Notes under the pieces: model-generated
The model's input: only the letters and a program-made list of their open reading frames with translations
The model's database searches: none
What the model was told of the DNA's origin: nothing
Translations under genes and position numbers: made by a program
Part shown: one piece after another, positions 38,596 through 53,660 of the stretch
Numbering within the stretch: position 1 is the stretch's first letter
Layout of the letters: each line of letters opens with the position of its first letter
Assembly: GCA_003344405.1 (NCBI GenBank)
Contig: NOWV01000220.1
Location: 1-64,000, forward strand
Direction: 5' to 3'
Length of the DNA stretch: 64,000 nucleotides
Source: Trichoplax sp. H2
Taxonomy: Eukaryota

Positions 38596-41500
38596 TCACG
38601 TCGATGCACTGGCTTGTGATACTAGGCTCTGGCTAGGCTTCTTTGCTTGGATTTCTTCACTATAGTATCGCTGAGTACAGAAATAAATGGAAATAATTTA
38701 GTATATATAATAAGAAATATCAACAATTTCAGAATTATAATAGTATCAAATCGATTACCGTGCTTGCTTTATTAGAGATAATGATGGAAATCATAACTAT
38801 AAAAATCTGCTAGGTGTATATCATTAAAATTAATAATTGCTTTTGTACTATTATACCAGCTTGTATTGGATCAAATCTACCCACTCTTTGGCATCATCGT
38901 CATCTGTTGTGTAAAAATAAAATGTTCTGCTTGGGAACTTGATCCTATTGTAATGTTACATTAAAATATAAATTGTAAAATTGAGTAATTAGTGTTATAT
39001 ATCAAATTATGCTAAATAACCTAAAGGAATTTGATTTTGAATACGTATCATCCCACTCGGCCTCGATGGCATCTCGTAAGTCATAAAATTCAAGGGCATG
39101 CTCATCCTATAAAGAAAAGCCGGAACATACCAAGAATTTCGTTAAATAAAAATCTGTAAAATACTTGATTCGAATTAACACGTAGTATTAAATCGGATTA
39201 CATAAACCATACGTTATAATTTCAGTAATAAATTATAAATATCGAGTACCGAAGAATGTCTGAAGAATGATATATCACATTTCCAAGTAACTACCCATCG
39301 TTTTTTCCAAGTTTTCTGGAATACCAAGTTAGAGATCAATAGGTGAAAGCTTGTATGGATGTTTAAACGGTGCTTATTACTATTCACTAAGTACAGTTAG
39401 CAATTGCAGCAAATAAAAATGTATACTAAATTGTAAACGATTTTCTGTAAAGGTGACTTTATTCAAATTTGGGTTAAATGTAGGCAGACCTTCCACCCGC
39501 TTCCTAATTTCATGAGGCAGCTTTCTTTATTACCAATCTTAAGTTAGAATTGCACAATTTTAAAATTCGAACCTAACATGCTAAAGCCTCGTATGAACTT
39601 ACAAAAAAGCTTTGGAGGTAATACGGACTTTTACTGGGAATCGTCCCAGCTTCAGTTTGTAACGTAATTCGTTCATAAATTGGAGGTTCTAATATATTAT
39701 TGGGATATGGATACTTGAGTGACGTAGAGCTTCCTGGTAATAAATTTATCGTGAATGATAAATAAGTCAGTTTTAAAACGGCCTATTTACTCTTGTCTCA
39801 ATTAGGCTCTAATAACCTATCTCTAGTCTTAGTTATTGAGTTAACGACATGTTTTATAACAATTTTATAGGGAATATAAACCCTTACAATCGAAAATTTA
39901 TTAGTTTATTTACGGAATTACATAATTAAAAAGCGGCAAGATTAGCCTATGTGTTTGACTATGTAAGCAACACTGTAAATTTTATACCATAATGTGATTT
40001 AAAACACGATCGGTAACTATATTAACTACCGTTTACTTTTAAGCATTGAAATAAGATTAAATGCAGCCCTGTTAATCCGTCTGTTGTATAATATTTTTTA
40101 TTGCTTTACGATAAGATTCAAGGTATGAATGTCCTGTCATAATCGGATTACAGGACGTAAAAATGTATGCAATACCTTAGCCTTTGGTAGATTGTAACCT
40201 TACTAGACTCCAGAAATTGTTTACGAGCATATAATAATAAATTTTGACCTTAATATAATTAATGCCAAGAAGCTGAAATTTACCTGCAGATCCAGCAATG
40301 ATAGGATAGTGATCAAAATGTGATAGCAATCTTGAGATGGTTGTAAATTTTAACTTTCCAAAAATATAAAAGATACTTTCTTTATAAAGAGGTATGTGCA
40401 TGACGCTATTATTCGTTCTATGATGAAAGTAAGCAGTAAAATTATAATTATAGGCCGTTAATAACGTTTCAGTAATTCTAAAATCGACGTAGCAATCATA
40501 AGCATAATTCATGATTAAACATAAGAGTTTCTATAGAAAAATTTATATACTGTATATTATTTAAGAAAAGCAAGAAAATTATTAATATCACGAAGTAGAC
40601 AGTTGAGTAATTTACGGTCGCATGTAACTTATCAAGAAAAATAATCTGGATTTGATTAAATAGTCTTTAGGTAGAAATAAGGGTATTATAACCTTTACCA
40701 AGCTTGTTTTATAATATACTCGTACACACTACATGAATTTTAAGCGAAAAACCAAATAGGACACAGAGATCTTGTAGTACAAAATACTGACCGAACTGAT
40801 ACCGTAAAATTTCCAGGGTTAGATTGGCTGTCTCTTAATAAGTAAGTTCCTTGGACGCAGTTATAGTATAATAGACATATTGCTACATTTTTGGATAATC
40901 CTGGATGATACCAGCTGTTTAAAAAACGTAGTTATGTATAATTAAAATCAGCAGTTCCAAAGATAGTTGTCATCCACTATGGCACATAACAACTTCGTAG
41001 ATATAAATTATAATTTCTTAACACTGGTCTATAGCTTGGAGAATAGGTTAGATGGCACAGTTAGGGTATGTATAAGTAGCCATAAGCATCATGATCTATA
41101 CGCTCTCAAACTATGTTTCTCCACTTTCAGTGCAACAATGTACTATAGTCTGTAGCTGCTGAAAAATCACTTGTAAGGGTTCTAAAAGCAAAGCTAACTT
41201 ATTTTGAATTAATATCACCACTAATATTGATAGTACTCACAAGGTCGTTAGCCATACTGAGAGCAATTAGGTTATTCGCAAGCAATATCCAACTGTTAGG
41301 AATTAGCATTAATCATAACGAACTTAATTCAGCTTTACTCTTCTAGTGGAACACTTTGCTATAGCTATCTAATAGACCTCTTTACGGTATCGAAGATACT
41401 CATTTTGGGATTGGTATCTATTCCATAGTCATAAAAATTTCATGATATACACGATATCTTTAGTCGTACTACGAAACATAGCAGAATGCAACAAAATTTT

Positions 41501-42269
41501 TTCCAACTTTAGCCTGTAAAGTACAAACTATCGTTTATACCGTCTAAAGCTAGCGAAAATCACTTTCTCTCTTTATCATTTGACTATTGGTAGACCATCT
41601 CTAACGATCAAAATTTAGAATCAATTGCAAGATTGTATCATTTCTGAGATCTTTGCTATATTATATATTAATATACGATTTCTGATCTTTCAGTATTACT
41701 AGTACAGCAACAGTAAGAAACTTTTAAATATAACGGTCGTGTACTACATAAGTTTGTCGTGATTAAGGATAATATGACGAAAGTTTAATTTACTTGTAAC
41801 TAGATAAGTATCTAGGTGAAGTATCTAGCGGTCTTAGATTTAGCTTATTTTTGCCGATAGGCAGCTATGAACGATGCTCTTGTAGGAAGAAACCTGCTAC
41901 AGATAAATACTGCATTCCGTATTTAACTGTTATATCGATTTAACTAGAAAGAAACCCAGACTTGTAAATTTTCAATTTGGCAACTAAGGGAAAAAACGAC
42001 TTTAGCTACTGTGCTATACAGAAAAATACCTGTCCGCTGTGTTAACAGATAGCCATTTAGAAAGTACTATGGAAATGAGTACAAATTTACAGTCTAGCGA
42101 TACCCTCTACGGAGTACATTTAGTGACAATTAAAAAATTGAACTACTTCATGTACAGTAAAGAAGAAGCAATAAGTTGGAAAAGATTTCGAGGTGAAAAA
42201 AAATAGTTTAATATACATTACGTTTTACCTTAACGATTGTATTTGCCCTTTGAAATCGCTTGATTCCAT
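38596..42269 (-). CDS. DAPP1: dual adaptor of phosphotyrosine and 3-phosphoinositides (DAPP1/Bam32)-like, SH2 + PH (~263 aa, 9 exons)
   Basis: Exons 42269-42229, 40914-40792, 40417-40284, 39733-39603, 39537-39490, 39315-39250, 39106-39021, 38944-38857, 38670-38596, all phase-consistent. SH2 WYHPGLS...GTYLLRDSQSNPG; linker LKYPYP...EPPIYE; PH KLGSGWKKTWKKRW...FPSRTFY...AKEWV. Confidence 0.85.
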
Positions 42270-44884
42270 GATAGAGAAGAAATATCAATGAAGATTTTCA
42301 GCCAATTATATTTATCAAGGAGGTGACGAAATTTTATCTGATCTAATGTACTACCTGGCAGAACTTTGAATCGTAAAGTTTTACTGCATTAACACTTTAT
42401 TCGCGCTTTAATTCATATTGTAGCTATGGACCTTTCAGTGCGGTCGAAAATATAGATCTTACAATTCAGGAATATTTCACACAACTTTCACAAGTTGAAA
42501 GTTAATCTGACAGAAATGGGCCGATTGTGAATATGGATGGGAACGGATAAAATGCTAAAACTGCGGCTCCACACGTGGGGCTGAAATGTTTCAACTATCC
42601 CTTGTGTGATTTAGGGCGTTGATAGAGGTGGTAAAATCACGACTACTCGATATCCATATTTGACACGAGCGATCCTCTACATCAAAATATTCCTAATCAT
42701 ACCCCTTCCGGCTATCATCTAGATAGCTTCTTTTGAAGAAAAAAAAGGACCGTGTTTGCACTTTTTTTTTACGTAATTATCATATAATATTTACAGTTGC
42801 TTGATGATACAATATTTTGATATTTTATTTTTCTATTAGTAATAAGGTTCCTGAAAGAGGTTCAAAAAGAAGGTATTTTGCAACGGGTATTCTATAATAA
42901 CAGGGATTTTTCGAATTTTTTACCGGGTAAGAAAAGAAATCGAAAAGTCCCTGCCTATAACTATTGATTTTGTAACTAATTATACTATTAGTGGACGCTT
43001 CGTATAAGTTACTGAGGTCTTTATCCATATTTCATGCCTCATTTTTGTTTGCTGCTCGTGTGATGTACTCTATATCAAGTTAATAACTAATGGTAACGTT
43101 GCATCCCATAGGTTCTGATCTGTTACTTTCGATAATGTTTGTTTACTATTGATTTTACTCAACAGTTCATAATGCCTTTTGGAACCATGATCAGTATAGA
43201 CGCAACTTGATAAATAAAGAGATTATATTATCATGCAATCATGATAGGCTAAAGTTCATCGTTGCCAAGAGTGGCAGATTATTACCTTAATAATGTGTAA
43301 ACAGAAGGCGTCAATAAGATGATCACCTATGATACTAGGGATGTAATTCTTACATTCCTCTCCTTTATGGCATGTCTTTCTATCTGAAGGCATTCAAAAT
43401 TGGCTGCTATGACTGATACTTGCAAAGTTAAACTGCGGGAAGCTATTAGAAATACCATATAGCTTTTATACGTGCAAGCTTTACGGATTGAGAGGTAGAG
43501 ATAGATACTTGTAAAGCAAACTGTGCAAGGCTATTCGAAATATGATGCAGTCTTTATACTCGTAAGCTTTAGGGATTGACGAAAAGACCGCGATCGGGAT
43601 GAGAAATTCTATTATTTAATAAGGACAGGGGGCTGGTGAGTCTGTCTGCTAGCCCTAATTTTATTTATAGTTCATTTCAGTAATATACACTTATGTATTG
43701 GCTAGATGCATTAGGTAAATTGCTTCGTTCGCGCGAAAGGATCGGCAGAGCTAAGCACAATTCAAGTCTGTATTTATTAAAATTCTAAATATGTTATCGA
43801 CAGGGATATCGGAGAAATACGCGTAAGGAAATACCTTGTAAGTTACTTACAACTCAGTTACAAGTTGCAACAGACTTACGGTAGGTAATAAACTGTTTAT
43901 TGTGGCGTTATGCCATGCAGGTTGTGCACGCCATACTTATTTCACAGTACAGTCCAATCCTCGACATTTTCATGCTATAAAATAAGTTTTAAAATTCTAA
44001 ATGATGCGTAAGATCGTATCAAAGATGAACAATTTTCGAGCTGCTAAAGTAACGGGGACTCAATTTATTCAACAGTAAACCAATTTTATCCATCACCAGC
44101 AGAGACTGCTGTTGGAGAATACAATTTAGTGCAGCGCAATCTGAAAGAACATCGTTTAATGTCATGTATCTATTCCTAGCCTACATATCTACTCGGCAAT
44201 ACTTAGATAGAATGCTAGACGGAGCTGCAACTGTAGCCGAATAATCTCATTTCGCTGTGGTCAACGCAATTTAAGATGAAATATTGCTTTATGCCTTGCT
44301 ATCTTCTTCTACGATATTGACTATGCATGTGATTCCATTTACAGTACAGTATGCCGCTCAGTTTACTTTAATGCACATTATTTTTCTTTCTTCTTTTGAA
44401 GCGTTCTCCGTCAGCTTAAAATACCCATAGTTGGCTACTTATAACACTTCAAAGATTGTTGATAAAGATGGTCGGTAGATCATCCTTGTTACAATTGGCT
44501 TCCAGCAGCACTGAGGTACATATAATATTTAAATTGGCAGTGAATATAATTTGACTACATCAATACAAGCGTATATGTGATTTTTGGGACGAAAATATCA
44601 ACCTTCTGTGCAGCCATGGACGGCTGGAAGAAGATCATCGTGCAGGATGACATTATACACTAAATACAATGATACTGTCGAAGCAAAATAGACGCTGCAA
44701 ATTGCGCAATAAGTTGCGTAAGAGATGTCCCTAGTTGCATCAAGTGAAAATTCTTGTTTATGGGCTGCTAAATGAATAGCAACTGCAACTCTAGCATAAA
44801 AAATTTTCAACAGTATTCGCAAAGTCGTCAACATTTCTAGCCATTAAAGGATATCGGCATGGAGCAAGAAGAAATCCCTCGATA

Positions 44885-45060
44885 GTATACTGTAGGACTT
44901 TCTCATACTGACATGAAGATGATCTGTTAAGTCAGTATATGTACTATAGCGGATAGTATGGTATTGTACACTATACTGTACAGCATACAGTATAAAGCAC
45001 TACTGTGGTCTGTACACTATATACCCTGTACTGTCCTATTATACTGTACTGCAGCTCATT
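44885..45060. promoter_or_regulatory. putative METAP1 promoter with TACTGTA/TACAGTA cluster
   Basis: tatactgtac, atacagtat, tactgtggtc, ctgtactgtc, atactgtactg immediately upstream of ATG 45102. Confidence 0.5.
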
Positions 45061-45101
45061 TCGATCCGTCCAAAGCTTTTCCCTGACAACAACAAATCAA
45101 G

Positions 45102-48100
<2,999 letters not shown>

Positions 48101-49763
48101 CCTACGCTGTTGGGTAAATTTATAATCAGTAAAAGCTTTTACATCAAATTACCTACTTGTCACTTATTAGATGCAACGTAGAATGAAATATACGAAATAA
48201 GATGACAAAATGTACTGCAGATAACGATGCAATGATTTTATTGAAGGTTATTGTACTTACTTTATCGCGATATATTGAAAGATACTGTATGACTATGACG
48301 TCTTTGACTGTAAAATTATATGTGAATAAATGCGACTTATCAGCTTTCAAGTGTAATAATAATAACTGTTATCACAAGACGGTACGCTACGAAACTTTTT
48401 ACATACTGTTGTTAAACTCTTTGCTTACCGTAGTGCGCAAAACTCATCCTTTTTTTTCTATAGCATATGCTGATGTATTTCCATTTAGTTATGATTTTAG
48501 ATTAGATAAGAAATAAAACATATGTACAAACATCTATGGTGAGGGTTGCTAGTCTCTAAAGCTAAAGAGTGAGATATCTTGACTAGCTTGTGTATGAACT
48601 ACAAACACTACGGGAATCTTTTTCTGTGCAATGTTGCAGCATAAAAAACTTCACTCAATAATTGCAGATATATTAAATTCAATTTAGGAACATTAAGTAG
48701 ATTGGATTTCAGCATATACCTTCTAAAAATTTGAATACATCAAAGATTTTGTAAGTGATCGCTTATACTTTTTAATTAAATGCTCAAGCCTTTTTTGTAT
48801 ATCACTGTCATGAGATAATCTGTTCATCCATCAATGCACACAGTATGTGAAAGTAATTTTCGAGATTGAGGTGTTCACATCACGCTTTGATATCTGCCGT
48901 TTTGTTACCGAAATCTCAGGGCATAAATTTTATAGACATTTGTAAGCGCGTGGATATAGAGTAGTATTTAAGGCTGCTAAATAAAGGACGATATCCCAAT
49001 CGATAGTCTAACTTATGCGCTGAAATATCATATTAGAATATAGTATTACCGGAGGACATCGGTACTAAATAACCTGAAATCGTTCAAGACAGATCATTTT
49101 GGAATGATGAAATAATACCCTTATACGCGTACAATACAAATTCAATAATTACGACTGGCATGCTACACACAAAATGTTCTGCACATAATTATATTTATTT
49201 ATTAGTTACACATCTTTGATAAGAATGAGCAATTTGCAAGATTTGTACTTCCATCCTAAAGAATAGTAAACATACTTGTGTTACAGGTGTATTAGTCTGA
49301 AGAAGTACTGATAGTTGCTAAAATTTTGACTACAGTATTACGAAATGAGTAATACTGCATACCAGGATAGGTAGCTATACACAAGTCGATTATCCGAGAA
49401 GACGGGTACTCATGATCGTATTGACCATCACCATAACAATGAAGAGGTATTCACTTTATTGCAAATACCTACCACCATCACTATTTTATATTTTAATTTC
49501 TATAACGCAGAGAAAAAATCATTCATTAAAGCTATTTACAAAAACATTCGGAGTACTGTACGAAGACTGCAAATCTCTGTCCTTATTCTTGCTGCAGTTA
49601 CGCAAAGATATGGTAGACTGGGCACAAAAACGTTGATCTTACTTCACTCCATTGCTAATGCCAGTAGTAAAGTTGCCAAAAATGACTACATTTGATAGAA
49701 GATACTTTGTAAAGCTTTGATTATACGAATTATTCCGAAATGGTAATGTTAAATGTTGAAAAA

Positions 49764-52352
49764 CTACTCATTTTTCAGGCGTCGTTTAGTAAGATATGCT
49801 TTATAATAAAAGTTACAGAAAAGCCACAGCATACTAAATCCATATATAACACCATAAAAACAGAAGCCATGATATAAATATCCTAAGGTGCTATGGGTTA
49901 CACCGATAATAAATTGTAAAATCTGCATTTCAGTCAATCTTTTCTTCCACGTCGGAGGATTTGCAGGGTCTAGTGCACACATACCATAGTAATAATACAA
50001 AAAAACATGAATTACAGAATTAATTCCTAAAGGTATGGCAATGGCAGGATACGGACAAAGGCGATAACCAAACTCGCTAAACAATACCATACTGGAATGA
50101 TGATAAACATGAAGGAACGACAGCTGTCGGTATTTTTTCTTCAAAATAATATATAGAGTATCCAGTAGTTCAACATTTTTACTAATCCAATACAGATAAA
50201 ATCCATAACGTAAATTCTCAACAGGTTTGGTAAGAAATGCCGATCCTCCTTGATAGGCGCCATAAAATGAAGACAGAGCTGTATATACACTCACAGCACT
50301 ACAGAAAAAATTATGAATAATAAGCAGCGGGCGCAAGCTAAAGGCTCGCATTCTGGAGGTTAAAGCTACAAGTAGCGGTAAGGAGATGAGGTAGATAAGG
50401 CATGTCTTGAATGACACAAGCTGGAATATAGTTTTCCAGAAAATTTCCGATGTTATCGCTAAAATAGATTTTGAAAGAAAGGTATATATTATACAATTGT
50501 TTAAATGTTTGTTCTACAGGGGATTTTACTTGATACCTTGAGTTAGATAAGGTAAAATGTTTAAAGGGATAAGTAAAGTAATGTAATTCGTATAATTTTC
50601 AATAATTTTATCTAAAATTTTAGATTAAACATGTTAAATCTATAAGATAAGTTGTCCCGGCTAGCTGTCACTGCGGTATCGTGATAATATAAGTATACGT
50701 TAGTACTTTAAAAGTTCACTAAAGTAATTAAACTTAATTGCTAGTCAGCTTTTTATGATAGCTAATTTAGTAGGTAAGATATAGTCGGTTAATATGAATG
50801 CCCCTGTACATTACAATGTTCTATTTCTAGCGGAGAGTTTGACTACTGTAATTTTCTACAAATTCAGTGAAGTCATTGGTAAAAGTGTCGTTTATTAAAC
50901 TCTTGTTCGTACTACATGAAGCCTTCTCAATATTAGGTTAATGTTCACTATGATAAGAGATATTAACAAACGAATAATGAATAGGCGTTTCATTAGCAGT
51001 TTAATTTTTTATAAATGCATAAAGCGTAACCACCGACTGTCTTGATTACAAGTTATGATGTCGTGAGGTATTTAATTGGAATAAAGGCAAAAAAAGTATG
51101 CGTTGTAAAAGTTGATTATAAGGCCTTAGTCTAGAAAATCAGTACTAGATGCTGAACGCTAGAGAATTGGTCTTCAAGTAGTAAGAATGCATTTTGTATT
51201 TTACTCGATTTTTCGCCATAATGTTTATACTGTAGATATCTGATTGGAAATTTTGAAAATTTCAAAGTACTAGACGATCTTGTCGAGATTTATTTAACAA
51301 TATTAACGGAATACTATATAATATCTTGACATTATCATATTCTGCCCTATCAATGACACATTTTCGTTGTATTCAATGACTTGTACATCCTAGCATTAAA
51401 GTAGCAAGGTTGCATTTTATATTTTGTTCGATTTCTTCGCCATACAGAGTCTTAGCTTGACTGTCGATTCTCATATTGATGGGAATTTGAAACGATTTAA
51501 TTTTTATTGCCCTTCACTGCTCAAGTGTACCGGATATCGATCATGATGATTTGATGAATCTACATTGAACTACAGCAATATCATTAACAAGCTGGCGTAA
51601 ATTCGCTATCATTACGGTAGTGTTGACAGTTGATTATACTGTATATATACATACTGTAAGCCTGTAATGCTTATATATGGTGTACGGTATAGCTGATTGT
51701 CAATTTCGAAAATGTTCAAGTATTAGACGATATCGCAGAAATTTTATCTAACACTATAAACACAATGCTATACGGTATCTTGACATTACAATATATTCTG
51801 CGCTATCAATGATGTATTTTGGTTGCATGCAATCACTTTATACTACATTTATAACCGCAACTTGCCCATGATATCGATTCCAAAGTATTACATTAATTTG
51901 TCAGTGATGTTTGAAATCAAAGCAGTATGCAAGTGTAAGTTAGTACGTTTCAGCCAAGCTTGAATCCCTGATGCTATTGAGCCTTTCAATACTTCTGTTG
52001 CTTGATTACAGCGAGAGTAGAAATAGATGAGAAAATTGGATTCCCCTAATTTTATTGATTCCTTTGTGAAACAACCGTTCATCCTTGTACACTGTAGTAA
52101 TTAGTCAATGCTAATCCAATGTATCTGTGTCTATACTATAGCTCCTAATAAATCTGCAGACGTCTAATCTTATCCCTTAATGGCTGGAAGTGAGACTATG
52201 TACTGGAATATTACGTCTAGCAGACAAACGCAATTCTACTACCTTGGCGAGATTACCGTTGCTACAGCAACACCAAATCGACGGACGACTTGATGAACTG
52301 ACGCTGCGGCTACTGTAGGATAATCATTCTTACCGTTAGCTGTAGTGGACAT
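49764..52352 (-). CDS. ELOVL/GNS1-SUR4 fatty acid elongase (~237 aa, 2 exons)
   Basis: Main exon 50458-49764 carries SKNVELLDT, QLSFLHVYHHSS (HxxHH box), NSVIHVFLYYYY, WKKRLTEMQILQF and a basic C-terminus. Inferred 19-nt first exon 52352-52334 (ATG TCC ACT ACA GCT AAC G|gtaaga) matches the phase. Confidence 0.9.
51240..51845 (+). repeat. decayed direct duplication (~150 nt; copies ~51240-51390 and ~51693-51845) in the ELOVL intron
   Basis: ctgattg...gaaaat...aagtaYtagacgat...tatcttgacatta...atattctgcSctatcaatga is shared by both copies. Confidence 0.75.
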
Positions 52353-52579
52353 TGAAGAATTGGCATAAGCAAGTTACGAATCTGTTGGCAAAGTTTTACG
52401 ATCAATCAAGCTTCAAATAGAGTCCTGTCTACTGTATATCCGATAATTATAACAAGCTGTTATGTCGTTTATTTCTGTTAATTGGCTATAATGTGGCTGC
52501 TTAAGTTGGCCAATTAGTCGCTCCAGTATGGCAAGTCTGCAAACTAGTTTATATCTTATTGTGGACGCTATTGCTGATA

Positions 52580-52730
52580 TCAGTCACTATACTCTACTAT
52601 ACTGTACTCTACTAACCGACGTACCAATCGGACATGGTATTCACTGTACTGTAGTACTGTACTGTTGTACAGTACGGCGTTCAATACGGTAGCAAAGCGA
52701 GTACTTTGTATTGTGGCAAAACTTGCGCAA
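52580..52730. promoter_or_regulatory. putative bidirectional ELOVL/TBL3 promoter
   Basis: divergent ATGs at 52352 (-) and 52797 (+) are 445 nt apart; TACTGTA cluster (cactgtactgtagtactgtactgttgtacagtac) lies between them. Confidence 0.6.
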
Positions 52731-53660
52731 TGGACTCCTCCGTCCTTACTGGTCAGATTCCGACTTGACCAGCTAGAAAAGGAAGCCGCATTCGTCATGG
52801 CAGCTAGCGCAGCTTCTGTCCAGCTACTCAAGAAAGAGTAAGTCTTAGCCTTACTTCGATACGATTTTATCCATCGTGTTGACATGATGTTGTGGCAAAC
52901 ATGTTTACCAATAAGGTTGTCCTTACTTTTGTCTCTACTAGAAGTACTGGCTACTATCTCCAATGACTCAGTTCGATCACGGTTACAGTATAATAACACA
53001 AAATACGTGCAAATACTATACAATTATTTGCTTATTAAAGTCCCATCTGGGACACTGCATTAAAGTCTGTACGATCGAGGTGTCGATCGGCTTGCGCAAG
53101 CGTAGAGCGTGCGCAGTGGACTCCTCAGTCCTCACTAGTCTGACCTGACCGACTAGAAAAGGAAGGCTCATTTGTTATGGCAGCTAGCGCAGCTTCTGGC
53201 CAGTTACTCAAGAAACAGTAAGTCTTAGCTTTACTTCGATACAATTTTATCCGTAGTATTGACATGATGTTGTGGCGAAAATATTTACCAATAAGGTTTC
53301 CCTTTACTTTTGTCACTAGTACAAGTACTAGCTACTATCTCCAATGACTCGGTTGGATCACTGTTACAGTATGATAACACAAAATACGCCCAAATGCTAT
53401 ACAATTGTTTGCTTATTAAAGTCCCATCTGGGACACTGCATTAAAGTCTGTATGATCGAAGTGTCCATCTGCTTGCGCAAGCGTAGAGCTTGCACCATGT
53501 ACTCCTCACCGAGCTGACCTGAACTAGAAAAGGAAGCCTCATTCATCATGGCAGCTAACGCAGCTTCTGGCCAGCTACTCAAGAAACAGTAAGTCTTAGC
53601 CTTATTTCGATACGATTTTATCCATAGTATTGACATAATGTTGTGGTAAAAATGTTTACA
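52722..53660 (+). repeat. ~375-nt tandem repeat, 2.5 units, each containing the TBL3 first coding exon
   Basis: units aligned by eye; ATG-containing exons at 52797, 53177 and 53548 (spacing 380 and 371). Confidence 0.95.

Noticed and set aside
48720..49030. Stop-interrupted reading frame on the minus strand resembling a pseudogene
   Set aside because: No recognisable homology; may be 3' UTR or intergenic sequence
52580..53636. Three similar minus-strand ORFs (..IKSYRSKAKTY..) suggesting a small gene family, or the array as CRISPR-like
   Set aside because: They are antisense readings of the triplicated TBL3 exon 1; units are ~375 nt with no repeat-spacer structure, in a eukaryotic context
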